From contig JBAZKL010000006.1 in the NCBI GenBank assembly GCA_041650835.1, forward strand, positions 1,449-65,448: a stretch of DNA of 64,000 nucleotides, written 5' to 3'. Both the position numbers and the translations under genes were made by a program. The notes below the pieces were generated by a model, which was given only the letters and a program-made list of their open reading frames with translations, had not been told where the DNA came from and searched no databases. Shown piece after piece: positions 26,750 to 35,279 of this stretch (position 1 is the first letter of the stretch; each line of letters opens with the position of its first letter). The stretch comes from Candidatus Omnitrophota bacterium (GTDB taxonomy: Bacteria; Omnitrophota; Gorgyraeia; Gygaellales; Profunditerraquicolaceae).

Positions 26750-28050
26750 AATAATAATGATTCCGCTGTATTCTTGCCGTCAAGTATCGCGTCTTCCATG
26801 GACATGTACCGCCATGAGCCGTAGCGGCCGCATAAAAACATGTTTTTTCCCAGCAGGTAGCGCGCAATGACGCCGCGCGCCGGGTTGTAATTTCTATCAT
26901 ACAGAGGATACCCGTATTGAATATCATTAACACTGCTCAGGCAAACACGGTTTTCCGCCGGCAGGAGCCCTACCTTCTTTAGGTCTTTTTTTATACGGGC
27001 GATCATACTCTTTTTATCAATGCCTTTTCCTGGTGAATAAGATGCTTCAATATACAAAGAACTTTTACGCGCCGGGACAAGATGAGAAGAAAAATTATGA
27101 GGAAACCCGGCACGGAAAAAACACACATCTTTCTGGGGGTAATATATCCAATGCCTTCGGCTGGATTCCTGCCCGTCGAATCCGAGATTGAGGTTAAAGA
27201 TCGAATTCCATCTTAATTTTGAGAACGCCCTCTCGACCGCGGGCGGCACCCGACTCAAAAGCTTTGCCGCTTCAGGTAACGGCAGCGTTGAAACTAAACG
27301 CTCGAAAGCTACCTTCTCTCCATGGGAAAAAGATACTTCCTGCTTCTCCAGATCGATCCCCGTAACCAGGCAACCGGTATGTATTTGACGCAGGCTCCTT
27401 GCGAAAGCCTGCGGGACTTCGCTGATCCCGCCCGCTCGGGGATACCAGAACCGGGCATTATAGCCGTATTGGCGCTTACTTTCCTCGATAGTCCCTTCGA
27501 CGATCTCCTTTAAGGTAGGAACGGGTATAAAGCCATCGAACCATTCGCAGGTCATCTGCTGAGGCGCAATTGTCCAGAACTTAGTATTGTAGGGGACCAT
27601 GAAATGCCGCGCGATGCCGCGGCCGAACGTAGCATGTATCCAGGACAAAAAATCACGCTTTTTACCGGACTCTTTTTCGGGGCTGTTTTGCGCCTCAATA
27701 AAGCCCAGGAGGCATTCTTCAACGACAGAATGCGGCAGCCCGAAGAGATTAGCCTGAAAAGGATAACGGGTATCCAAGCCGAATGAATGGACCCAGGCGC
27801 TTTTTTGATGTTCGGCTAAATTTCCCGCCAACATCCTTTTGATCAGGTCGAACGCGTACGCCTGCTTAAAATGCAGCAAGTGCCCGCAATAATCAAAAGT
27901 AAAATCATTTATTTTCCGGGAACGGCATAACCCGCCGGCCTCATCTTCCTTTTCATACACATGGCAGTCAATACCGTTTTTCTGCAGATGCCATGCAGCG
28001 CTCAAACCCGCGACCCCAGCTCCTAAAATAACGACCTTTGTTTTAACCAT
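26746..28050 (-). CDS. FAD/NAD(P)-binding oxidoreductase resembling UDP-galactopyranose mutase
   Basis: Rossmann GxGxxG at the N-terminus (VVILGAGVAGLSAAWHL...YEKEDEAGG). Internal YNTKFWT block resembling the Glf Y-x-E-K-Q-W motif. 434 aa. Confidence 0.55.
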   Translation of the reverse strand: MVKTKVVILGAGVAGLSAAWHLQKNGIDCHVYEKEDEAGGLCRSRKINDFTFDYCGHLLHFKQAYAFDLIKRMLAGNLAEHQKSAWVHSFGLDTRYPFQANLFGLPHSVVEECLLGFIEAQNSPEKESGKKRDFLSWIHATFGRGIARHFMVPYNTKFWTIAPQQMTCEWFDGFIPVPTLKEIVEGTIEESKRQYGYNARFWYPRAGGISEVPQAFARSLRQIHTGCLVTGIDLEKQEVSFSHGEKVAFERLVSTLPLPEAAKLLSRVPPAVERAFSKLRWNSIFNLNLGFDGQESSRRHWIYYPQKDVCFFRAGFPHNFSSHLVPARKSSLYIEASYSPGKGIDKKSMIARIKKDLKKVGLLPAENRVCLSSVNDIQYGYPLYDRNYNPARGVIARYLLGKNMFLCGRYGSWRYMSMEDAILDGKNTAESLLL

Positions 28051-29029
28051 CTAATGATGCTTTACCGAAAGACCTGGTTAAGAGAAAACTGCATGCTATT
28101 AAGGCAAGAATAATGATACTCCCCGCGGAATTCTTGAACCCATGCAAAATAGCCCCGCACAATGAATACACTAAAGCGATACATCCTATATACACCAGCG
28201 CCTGGCGCTTTGAAAAGCCGGCTTTGAGCAATCGCAACGCGAAATGGTCGGCGCTTTTCTTAAAAACAGATTTTTTCCGGCGCATACGCATTAACATGAC
28301 GAACACCGTATCAAAAATAGGGAACCCGAGGATCACTAACGGGCTCAACAACGCTACCCGGTTTTCCATATCGGCATATTGCAGGACCAAAGAAATCGCG
28401 GCAAGGACGAAACCGACAAAGTGGCTGCCGGAATTCCCCATATATATTCGGGCGGGAGGAAAATTAAAAACCAGGAAACTTAAAAGGACAGCCGCTAATA
28501 TTATCGATATGACCGCGCTTCCTAAATCGTATTGGAACAACCCCAGCACGAAGAAAGAAAAGACCGCTATCAGCGCGACAAGGCCGGCTAAACCGTCCAT
28601 AACATCCAAATGATTGAACGCGTTAGTAATGCCGACCACCCACACCAGCGTGAGGATCGCGTTTGGAACTGCCCCGATCCCGGCTATCTGGGTCCTTACA
28701 TTAAAAAAAACAAGCAGCAAAGCCGCGATCGCCTGGACCGCGAATTTAGAAGCTACGGATAATTCCTTGAGATCATCGATAACGCCAAAGGCCAGCATGA
28801 CCAGGGAAGCCAGTAATAATCCCCAGAGCTCTTTTATCCAAAATCCTCCGCCGATAAGCCAAATGGCAGACACGATCAGGAAGCTTAGCCCCATCGCGAT
28901 ACCTCCTGCCAGAGGGATGCCGCGGACGGACAAAAGCTTCGATTTCGCGAAGCGCTTCAGAAATATAAGCAAAAACAAAGAACTCACGCTAAAAGCAACA
29001 AATAACAAGAGAGCGAATTTAACGATCAT
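28043..29029 (-). CDS. Polyprenol-phosphate N-acetylhexosamine-1-phosphate transferase (WecA/MraY family, Glycos_transf_4)
   Basis: Ten TM helices. Conserved VGITNAFNHLDVMDGLAGL and cytoplasmic DD motifs of the MraY/WecA family. Confidence 0.85.
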   Translation of the reverse strand: MIVKFALLLFVAFSVSSLFLLIFLKRFAKSKLLSVRGIPLAGGIAMGLSFLIVSAIWLIGGGFWIKELWGLLLASLVMLAFGVIDDLKELSVASKFAVQAIAALLLVFFNVRTQIAGIGAVPNAILTLVWVVGITNAFNHLDVMDGLAGLVALIAVFSFFVLGLFQYDLGSAVISIILAAVLLSFLVFNFPPARIYMGNSGSHFVGFVLAAISLVLQYADMENRVALLSPLVILGFPIFDTVFVMLMRMRRKKSVFKKSADHFALRLLKAGFSKRQALVYIGCIALVYSLCGAILHGFKNSAGSIIILALIACSFLLTRSFGKASLDG

Positions 29030-30210
29030 TCCCGGATACCTTTTGTTTTCAAGATACTCTCATACATCCCTGCAGTCTCCAGAACCATTTTCCCGGCGCT
29101 AAAACTATCCCCCAAAGCTTCTCTTGAGGCCTGCCCCAGGCGTTTCCTCAAAGCATCATTCTTCAATAAGGCGCTCACCTGCCGCGCCATCAACGCGGGT
29201 TCACGCGCGGCGACAAGAAATCCGGTCACTCCATTTTTAACTACCTCGGCTACCCCGCCGGTGTTGGTCACGACTACCGGCACTTCTAAACGCATCGCTT
29301 CCAATACCACGACCGGTAAACCTTCCCACAAAGAGGTCAAAACCAGTACATCCATCGCGGCATAAAGCTCAGGCATATCAAAACGCCAGCCAGCCAGGAT
29401 GACCTGGCTCCCAAGGCCGGATTCACCGATCTTTTTCTCTATACGGCCGCGTAAAACGCCGTCTCCCACAAGCAGGAATCTTACCCGGCAGGGGAGCTTT
29501 TCAGAAACGCAATATTCACTTATTAACGAAGCTATCCTGATAAAATCAAGGGGGTTTTTTTGAGGCTTAAAACAGGCTGCCATCCCCACAAGCAGCTCAT
29601 TGTCTCGAATTCCCAAACGCTCCCTGGCTTTAGACCGGACATCTTCCTGTTGAGGCCGGAACTCATGGTAATCGATCCCATAGCGTATCAACCGGTACAA
29701 AGAGCCCCCGCCGATCTTAAGCATGCACCCCTTTTGCTTATCAAAAAGCGAAACAACGATCACCGCGTCGGAAAACCGCGCGCAAACCCTTTCAAGCCAA
29801 ATGTAAACAAACCTTACAAAAGCAGGCTGATATTCATTGAACGACCACCCATGCACCGTATGAATGATACTGGGCGCTTTGGCAAGCCGGGCGGCGAGCC
29901 GGCCAAGAATACCGGCTTTAGAACTATGCGTGTGGACAACATGAAACTTATTTTTACGGATAAACCAATAGATCTCAAAGAAAGCTATCAGGTCTTTTAA
30001 AGGATTCACCGGCCGTTCGAGAAACCGCGACGCGTGGATGCTCACCCCCGGGATAGAGGCAGCCTCTTTGAAAAGCAGGCCTTGATGAGCGCTAAACAAT
30101 ACAACGGCATACCTGGATTTATCAAGGCCGGCAATAAGGCTTAAGAGTTGTTTTTGCGCTCCCCCCAGCTCTAATTTCGTAATAACATACAACAGGTTTA
30201 TCTTCGGCAT
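29026..30210 (-). CDS. Family 1 (CAZy GT4-like, GT-B) glycosyltransferase; first gene of the glycan operon
   Basis: C-terminal EGLPVVVLEAMRLEVPVVVTNTGGVAEVV is the Glycos_transf_1 E-x7-E region. Preceded by a sigma70-like promoter. Confidence 0.85.
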   Translation of the reverse strand: MPKINLLYVITKLELGGAQKQLLSLIAGLDKSRYAVVLFSAHQGLLFKEAASIPGVSIHASRFLERPVNPLKDLIAFFEIYWFIRKNKFHVVHTHSSKAGILGRLAARLAKAPSIIHTVHGWSFNEYQPAFVRFVYIWLERVCARFSDAVIVVSLFDKQKGCMLKIGGGSLYRLIRYGIDYHEFRPQQEDVRSKARERLGIRDNELLVGMAACFKPQKNPLDFIRIASLISEYCVSEKLPCRVRFLLVGDGVLRGRIEKKIGESGLGSQVILAGWRFDMPELYAAMDVLVLTSLWEGLPVVVLEAMRLEVPVVVTNTGGVAEVVKNGVTGFLVAAREPALMARQVSALLKNDALRKRLGQASREALGDSFSAGKMVLETAGMYESILKTKGIRE

Positions 30211-30220
30211 AATCTTATTT

Positions 30221-30248
30221 ATTATATCGTTAATTAAAAAAATTTCAA
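30221..30248 (-). promoter_or_regulatory. Sigma70-type promoter TTGAAA-N16-TATAAT driving the glycan operon
   Basis: Minus strand: TTGAAA (plus 30243-30248), 16-nt spacer, TATAAT (plus 30221-30226), then 10 nt to the ATG at 30210. Confidence 0.45.
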
Positions 30249-30280
30249 GCCTTAAGAAGGGTGGAAAACAGCGCGCGGTG

Positions 30281-30337
30281 AAAAAATAAAAAAGGCAAAT
30301 CTTCCGTCGGAAAACAACGGATGACCTGCCTTTTTTA
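30281..30337 (-). terminator. Bidirectional intrinsic terminator downstream of hppA
   Basis: Hairpin aggca...tccgtcggaaaacaacgga...tgcct flanked by an A-run (30281-30292) and a T-run (30331-30336), giving U-tracts after the stem on both strands. Confidence 0.55.
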
Positions 30338-30355
30338 AACCGCGAAAACCTGTAT

Positions 30356-32539
30356 TTACTTGATCAACGTATTCTTGATAATAAATGAAGCGAAAACGAT
30401 CGAGACCATGGACATAAGTTTGATCAAAATATTCAAACTCGGGCCCGAGGTATCTTTAAAAGGGTCCCCTACGGTATCGCCGACAACCGTCGCTTTATGA
30501 GCAGGCGAGCCCTTGCCGCCGTGATTGCCCTCTTCGATGAACTTCTTGGCATTATCCCATGCCCCTCCTGAATTCGCCATCATTATCGCCAGGACAAATC
30601 CGGTGACGGTCGCCCCTGTCAAAAGCCCGACAACCGCGTCGACTCCTATCAAGAGCCCGATAGCTATGGGAGAAATGATCGCCACGAGCGAAGGCATCAC
30701 CATTTCTTTTTGCGCGGCCGCGGTAGCAATAGTCACGCAATTGGCGTAATCAGGCTTAGCCTTGCCTTCCATGAGCCCGGCGATCTCTTTAAACTGCCTG
30801 CGGACTTCAACCACGATCTTTCCTGCTGCCCGGCCGACCGCGCGCATGGTCAAAGAACAGAAAAAGAACGGCAGCATGCCGCCGATAAAGAGCCCGACTA
30901 AGACTGTCGGATTCATTAAACTCAAGTTCATTTCCTTACCGAATATTATAACCTGATCATGATAAGCGGCGATCAAAGCCAGCGCGGTAAGCGCAGCTGA
31001 ACCTATGGCAAACCCCTTGCCGGTAGCAGCGGTGGTATTACCTAAAGAATCAAGCGCATCTGTCCTTTTGCGCACTTCAGGAGGCAGATGGGACATTTCG
31101 GCGTTACCGCCGGCATTATCCGCGACAGGGCCGTAAGCGTCAGTCGCTAAAGTGATCCCTAACGTCGATAACATACCGACCGCGGAGATCGCTACTCCAT
31201 AAAGTCCGGCATTAAAATTAACTGCGCCTCCGGACAAAAAGAAGCTTAATAATATAGCGATACCGACAATAATGACCGGTAACGCGGTAGACATCATACC
31301 GACCGCCAGGCCGCCGATAATAACGGTCGCCGGGCCGGTTAAGGACTGTTCAGCGATAAAACGGGTCGGCTTAAAGCCGCTCGAAGTATAATATTCGGTA
31401 ACCAGTCCGATCAAAACACCGGCAACTAACCCGGAAATAACCGACCAATACACGCCCATATGCTCAACGCCCAGGGTATGCTTCACCAGGAAATAAGAAA
31501 TTACCGCTACAATAAAGGAACTGACAAAGACACCTTTTCGTAACGCGGCAAGTAAAACTTTCTGATTTGCCTCTTCTTTACTTTTGACAAAAAACGTCCC
31601 GATGATCGAAGCAATGACCCCGACTGCCGCCATAACCATGGGAACAGTCACTCCCTGCACGCCTAATCCTGCCGCAACGCCTAAGGCGGAAGTAGCGACG
31701 ATCGAACCCACATACGATTCATACAGGTCAGCGCCCATACCGGCGACATCACCGACGTTATCACCGACGTTATCGGCGATGACCGCGGGGTTTCTCGGGT
31801 CATCTTCAGGGATACCCGCTTCGACCTTCCCTACCAGATCAGCTCCAACATCAGCGGCCTTAGTGAATATCCCGCCGCCGACCCTGGCAAAGAGCGCCTG
31901 AGAACTGGCACCCATACCGAAACAAAGCATGGTTGAGGTAATAGCTGTAATCTTATCCGATCCAAACGGAATAGGGTGGCTATTGTAATACCAATCCAGG
32001 AAATAATACCAGATACTCAGATCAAGCAGCCCTAAACCGACAACGGTCAATCCCATGACCGCGCCGCTGGAAAAAGCAACGCGCAATCCGGAATTCAAAC
32101 TTTTCATGGCAGCCGCGGCAGTCCGGTTTGAAGCGGAAGTCGCGGTATTCATGCCGATAAAACCCGAAAGGCCGGAAAATAAACCTCCGGTCAAGAACGC
32201 GAAAGGAACAAAAACCACCAAATATTTATTATACACTAACACACAAAGCAGGATAAAAACCACCCCAAAGAACCAGGAAACGCCAATGTACTGCCTTTTC
32301 AGATACGCCTTGGCACCCACCTTTACCGCCAAAGCGATCTCCTTCATACGATCGGTCCCCTGATCCTGTTTTGAAATAAAAAACCCTAAATACGCGGCAA
32401 AGGTAAGCGCCAAGATCGAACCTACCGGAGCCAACAACAACAGATCGAATTGCATGTCTAACTCCTTTCTAAAAGTTAAGGCATTTATTGTAGTATATTG
32501 TTCTAAATTGTCAAGCTTTTTAGGCAGGCAACCGGCCAA
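30356..32539 (-). CDS. hppA: Membrane-bound proton/sodium-translocating inorganic pyrophosphatase (H+-PPase)
   Basis: 727 aa and about 15 TM helices. Diagnostic motifs [19 protein letters not shown] and [17 protein letters not shown]. Confidence 0.95.
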   Translation of the reverse strand: MAGCLPKKLDNLEQYTTINALTFRKELDMQFDLLLLAPVGSILALTFAAYLGFFISKQDQGTDRMKEIALAVKVGAKAYLKRQYIGVSWFFGVVFILLCVLVYNKYLVVFVPFAFLTGGLFSGLSGFIGMNTATSASNRTAAAAMKSLNSGLRVAFSSGAVMGLTVVGLGLLDLSIWYYFLDWYYNSHPIPFGSDKITAITSTMLCFGMGASSQALFARVGGGIFTKAADVGADLVGKVEAGIPEDDPRNPAVIADNVGDNVGDVAGMGADLYESYVGSIVATSALGVAAGLGVQGVTVPMVMAAVGVIASIIGTFFVKSKEEANQKVLLAALRKGVFVSSFIVAVISYFLVKHTLGVEHMGVYWSVISGLVAGVLIGLVTEYYTSSGFKPTRFIAEQSLTGPATVIIGGLAVGMMSTALPVIIVGIAILLSFFLSGGAVNFNAGLYGVAISAVGMLSTLGITLATDAYGPVADNAGGNAEMSHLPPEVRKRTDALDSLGNTTAATGKGFAIGSAALTALALIAAYHDQVIIFGKEMNLSLMNPTVLVGLFIGGMLPFFFCSLTMRAVGRAAGKIVVEVRRQFKEIAGLMEGKAKPDYANCVTIATAAAQKEMVMPSLVAIISPIAIGLLIGVDAVVGLLTGATVTGFVLAIMMANSGGAWDNAKKFIEEGNHGGKGSPAHKATVVGDTVGDPFKDTSGPSLNILIKLMSMVSIVFASFIIKNTLIK

Positions 32540-32574
32540 AACCGCCGGCTCTTGAAGATTTAAAGCCTATTGCT

Positions 32575-32883
32575 TCAATGCAGCTTTTTAGGTCCATCAA
32601 TATCATCTTTCGGGTCGTTCACGACTTTTGCCTCCACATCAATGACCCGCTTGTCTTTTCTAACAGGGCGTGCGGATTCCTCCGCGATAAAAGAAGACGC
32701 CTTCTTCATAGTCACCATGAGGACCAGAAAAAACAAAGCGACCAACCCCGCTTCAACCAAAAACCAGGTCCTGAAATCAAAAAAGATCAACCCGAAAGCT
32801 AAATTAAAGAATATAAGCGTAGGAAGGAAACATCCCAGTTTTCCGAAAAAAAGAAAGGACTGCGCGGCTTTATTGTTCTGCAT
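32575..32883 (-). CDS. Small two-TM membrane protein, unknown function
   Basis: 102-aa ORF exactly filling the gap between the hppA and GroES-like genes, same orientation, with two hydrophobic helices. No recognisable motif. Confidence 0.35.
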   Translation of the reverse strand: MQNNKAAQSFLFFGKLGCFLPTLIFFNLAFGLIFFDFRTWFLVEAGLVALFFLVLMVTMKKASSFIAEESARPVRKDKRVIDVEAKVVNDPKDDIDGPKKLH

Positions 32884-32917
32884 ATGCTTTATTCCGGTGA
32901 ATTATATAGGAAAGGCT

Positions 32918-33271
32918 TTAGAATTTATTCCTTAAGATCACTAAAATAGCCGAATGAGGAACCACAACATACTTTTTAGCCTCATATTCAATCTCAATAC
33001 CGGCGTTACGCAAGAAAATACAGTAATCACCCTCTTTTGCCTGCAAGGGGAAATATTTATTATCAAACTTCGGCGATTCCCAGGGTTCGATCTCCAAAGC
33101 GGCGGGGTCAGGAACAGGATAACCGGGGCCGGTCTTAACAATGAGCCCGCTCTGGACTTTTTCTTTCTCTTTTATACCCTGAGGCAGGTACAATCCCGTA
33201 TCTGTCCTGTCTTCCCCCATATCGGGAGCTATTAAAACCCTGTCTCCGACAACTATAAGTTCATTTTTCAT
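32918..33271 (-). CDS. GroES/Cpn10-like co-chaperonin family protein (long form, no groEL adjacent)
   Basis: Aligns to the GroES pattern: GDRVLI...T.TGLYLP...KEK...GLIVKTGPG...GDY..F....G.EIEY....Y.V...S.IL.IL. 117 aa. Confidence 0.55.
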   Translation of the reverse strand: MKNELIVVGDRVLIAPDMGEDRTDTGLYLPQGIKEKEKVQSGLIVKTGPGYPVPDPAALEIEPWESPKFDNKYFPLQAKEGDYCIFLRNAGIEIEYEAKKYVVVPHSAILVILRNKF

Positions 33272-33324
33272 GAGTTTATCTTAACACAATATATTCGGGG
33301 TTACAAGGTATTCACGATTATCTA

Positions 33325-34620
33325 TTACGCCGCGTTATGATGCAATATCCAGGGCATTTTTTGGTTATACTTCTTCCATTTCTTAACGATAAAATGTCCC
33401 ATCAGGCGGAAGGCGCCGTTCCTAAAGCGCATTTTAGAGAGCAAAAGCAGCGCCCGCGGCAAAGAATAGAACTTCATGTAAGCTTTAAGCACCAATAACT
33501 GCAGTTCTTTGGCGCTAAGCAGCTTCGGCTTGAAAACAATATGCTGGCCGTCGTAAAGGCTCCAATCTCTGGAGAAGATCCGTTTTTCTTTATCCAGCAC
33601 CTGCTGGATCTTAGTACCCGGAAAGGGCGTTAAGATCGACATCTGAATAGTATCGATCTTCTGTTTAATGGCGAATCTTAAGGTATCTTTTACCGTCTTT
33701 GCGGTATCATCCTCACTGCCTAAAACAAACATGCCGTGCACTTTGATACGCCGCTTATGGAATGAACGTATGGACTCGATGATCTGCGTTACGGTCTGTT
33801 TTTTGTCGTACTGCTGTAATGTTTTAGGATTAATGGATTCAAAGCCGATACAGACCACTTTACAGCCTGCCCGCTTCATGAGCTTAAGAAGGTCATTGTC
33901 CTTACCGATCTCACAGCGCACCTGGCAGACCCAGTCTTTCGGCTTTTGTTTAAGCATAAGATGGAGCAACTCATGGGTGCGTTTCGGATGAGCGGTAAAA
34001 TTATCGTCGCAAAAGAAAACCTGCTTTTTATGCTGAGACTTAAGCTCCGCGACCACGTTCTCAGCGCTGCGGAAGCGGTATTTACGGCCGAACATCTTAG
34101 TCACGGAACAAAAGCTGCAATCATAGGGGCACCCGCGTGAAGTCGATATGGGGGTAATAGCGTTGGCGGCTTTAAACCCTTTCATTAAAGAAAAATCCGG
34201 AAATGGCAGCGCGTCCAGGTCGGTAACAGGCTTTCCCCGCACAAATTTATCTTTGATACGCCCCTCAACCACATCCACGATCACTTCCTCCGCTTCTCCG
34301 ATAACAACCTGGCGGGCGTATTGGATAGCCTCATCAGGCAGAAGGCTGGCGTGAACGCCGCCAATGATCACCTTATGCTTCGGAAAAGCTGAAGCGATCT
34401 CATATCCGCGTTTAGCGGTCGAAGTCAAAATAGATATACCGATGACATCGGCCCTCAGCTTATCGATCGCGGGCAAATAAATATCTTCGTTATAAACTTC
34501 GACTTCATGCCCCCTGTTTCTTAATATGGTCCCTAAATAAATAGGCCCTAATAAAGGCATGGATAACATGCTATATACGTTTGCTTCACTGGAACGGGGT
34601 TCAATTAAGATTATTTTCAT
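33325..34620 (-). CDS. Cobalamin-binding (class B) radical SAM enzyme
   Basis: N-terminal B12-binding-like region (MKIILIEPRSSEANVYS...PLLGPIYLGTIL). rSAM cluster SRGCPYDCSFCSV. Confidence 0.85.
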   Translation of the reverse strand: MKIILIEPRSSEANVYSMLSMPLLGPIYLGTILRNRGHEVEVYNEDIYLPAIDKLRADVIGISILTSTAKRGYEIASAFPKHKVIIGGVHASLLPDEAIQYARQVVIGEAEEVIVDVVEGRIKDKFVRGKPVTDLDALPFPDFSLMKGFKAANAITPISTSRGCPYDCSFCSVTKMFGRKYRFRSAENVVAELKSQHKKQVFFCDDNFTAHPKRTHELLHLMLKQKPKDWVCQVRCEIGKDNDLLKLMKRAGCKVVCIGFESINPKTLQQYDKKQTVTQIIESIRSFHKRRIKVHGMFVLGSEDDTAKTVKDTLRFAIKQKIDTIQMSILTPFPGTKIQQVLDKEKRIFSRDWSLYDGQHIVFKPKLLSAKELQLLVLKAYMKFYSLPRALLLLSKMRFRNGAFRLMGHFIVKKWKKYNQKMPWILHHNAA

Positions 34621-34644
34621 GCGCGTCCTTATTGCCTTAGTTAA

Positions 34645-34683
34645 CTCTTAAGAAGAAAGGCCCGACAGTGAACTGCCGGGCCT
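34645..34683 (-). terminator. Putative intrinsic terminator of cspA
   Basis: Stem aggcccg / cgggcct with a 12-nt loop. On the minus strand it is followed by tttcttctt. Confidence 0.45.
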
Positions 34684-34702
34684 CTCTTTGTCTTATCGGA
34701 GA

Positions 34703-34903
34703 TTATAACTTAACTACTTTCGTAGCTTGCTCTCCCTTAGCACCATTCTCGATCTCGAATTCTACTTCTTGACCTTCTTCTAAAGTTTTATAGCCTTCAC
34801 CCTGAATTGCGCTATGATGTACGAAGACATCCTTACCAGACTCAGGAGTAATAAACCCATATCCCTTTTGGTTGCTGAACCACTTCACTTTACCTCTTGC
34901 CAT
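34703..34903 (-). CDS. cspA: Cold-shock protein (CspA family, S1-like OB fold)
   Basis: 66 aa [33 protein letters not shown]... with RNP1 (KGYGFI) and RNP2 (VFVHH) motifs. Confidence 0.95.
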   Translation of the reverse strand: MARGKVKWFSNQKGYGFITPESGKDVFVHHSAIQGEGYKTLEEGQEVEFEIENGAKGEQATKVVKL

Positions 34904-35093
34904 TGCACGTTCCTCCTTTCAGATCAATATTCATAGTAAATACCAGCGGCAACAAAAAACCGCAAGGCTATATCCTCCTACCTTGCGGTTCAAGATTCCT
35001 ATTGCCTTATTTACTACGTCTTTTTTAGTATACACTATATTTCAGATTTGTCAACTAATTATTTTGCCGCTGGATATTTATCAGAAATACGTT

Positions 35094-35216
35094 ATCCCCG
35101 CACGCGCCACAATTGTCATCCCCGCATGCGCCACAATTGTCATCCCCGCACGCTTTAAGCGGGGATCCGCCGCAGCATGCGGCGCACCCCGCGCAACTTC
35201 CTATTAGCGCGGGGTG
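35094..35216. repeat. 2.5 tandem copies of a 24-nt unit (atccccgcaYgcgccacaattgtc), each carrying the palindrome ACAATTGT, followed by three consecutive GC-rich hairpins
   Basis: Read directly. Copies at 35094-35117 and 35118-35141 (one mismatch), partial third at 35142-35153. Hairpins atccccgc/gcggggat (35142-35165), cgccgca/tgcggcg (35167-35183), caccccgcgc/gcgcggggtg (35185-35216). Located between the TPR/SGNH gene stop and the cspA start. Confidence 0.6.
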
Positions 35217-35279
35217 TATGCTTCCCGTCTCACTGTGGAGAATCTTTTAGCTGCCCGCTTTCAAGGTTTCTTAACCGAA

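Noticed and set aside
32570-32935. 121-aa plus-strand ORF between the hppA and GroES-like genes
   Set aside because: The translation is Ser/Thr/Lys low-complexity and opposite in orientation to all neighbours. The minus-strand 102-aa two-TM ORF in the same space is more plausible, though itself low-confidence.
35094-35153. Possible CRISPR array (24-nt tandem repeats)
   Set aside because: The repeat units are directly adjacent with no spacers. There are only 2.5 copies and no cas genes in the window.
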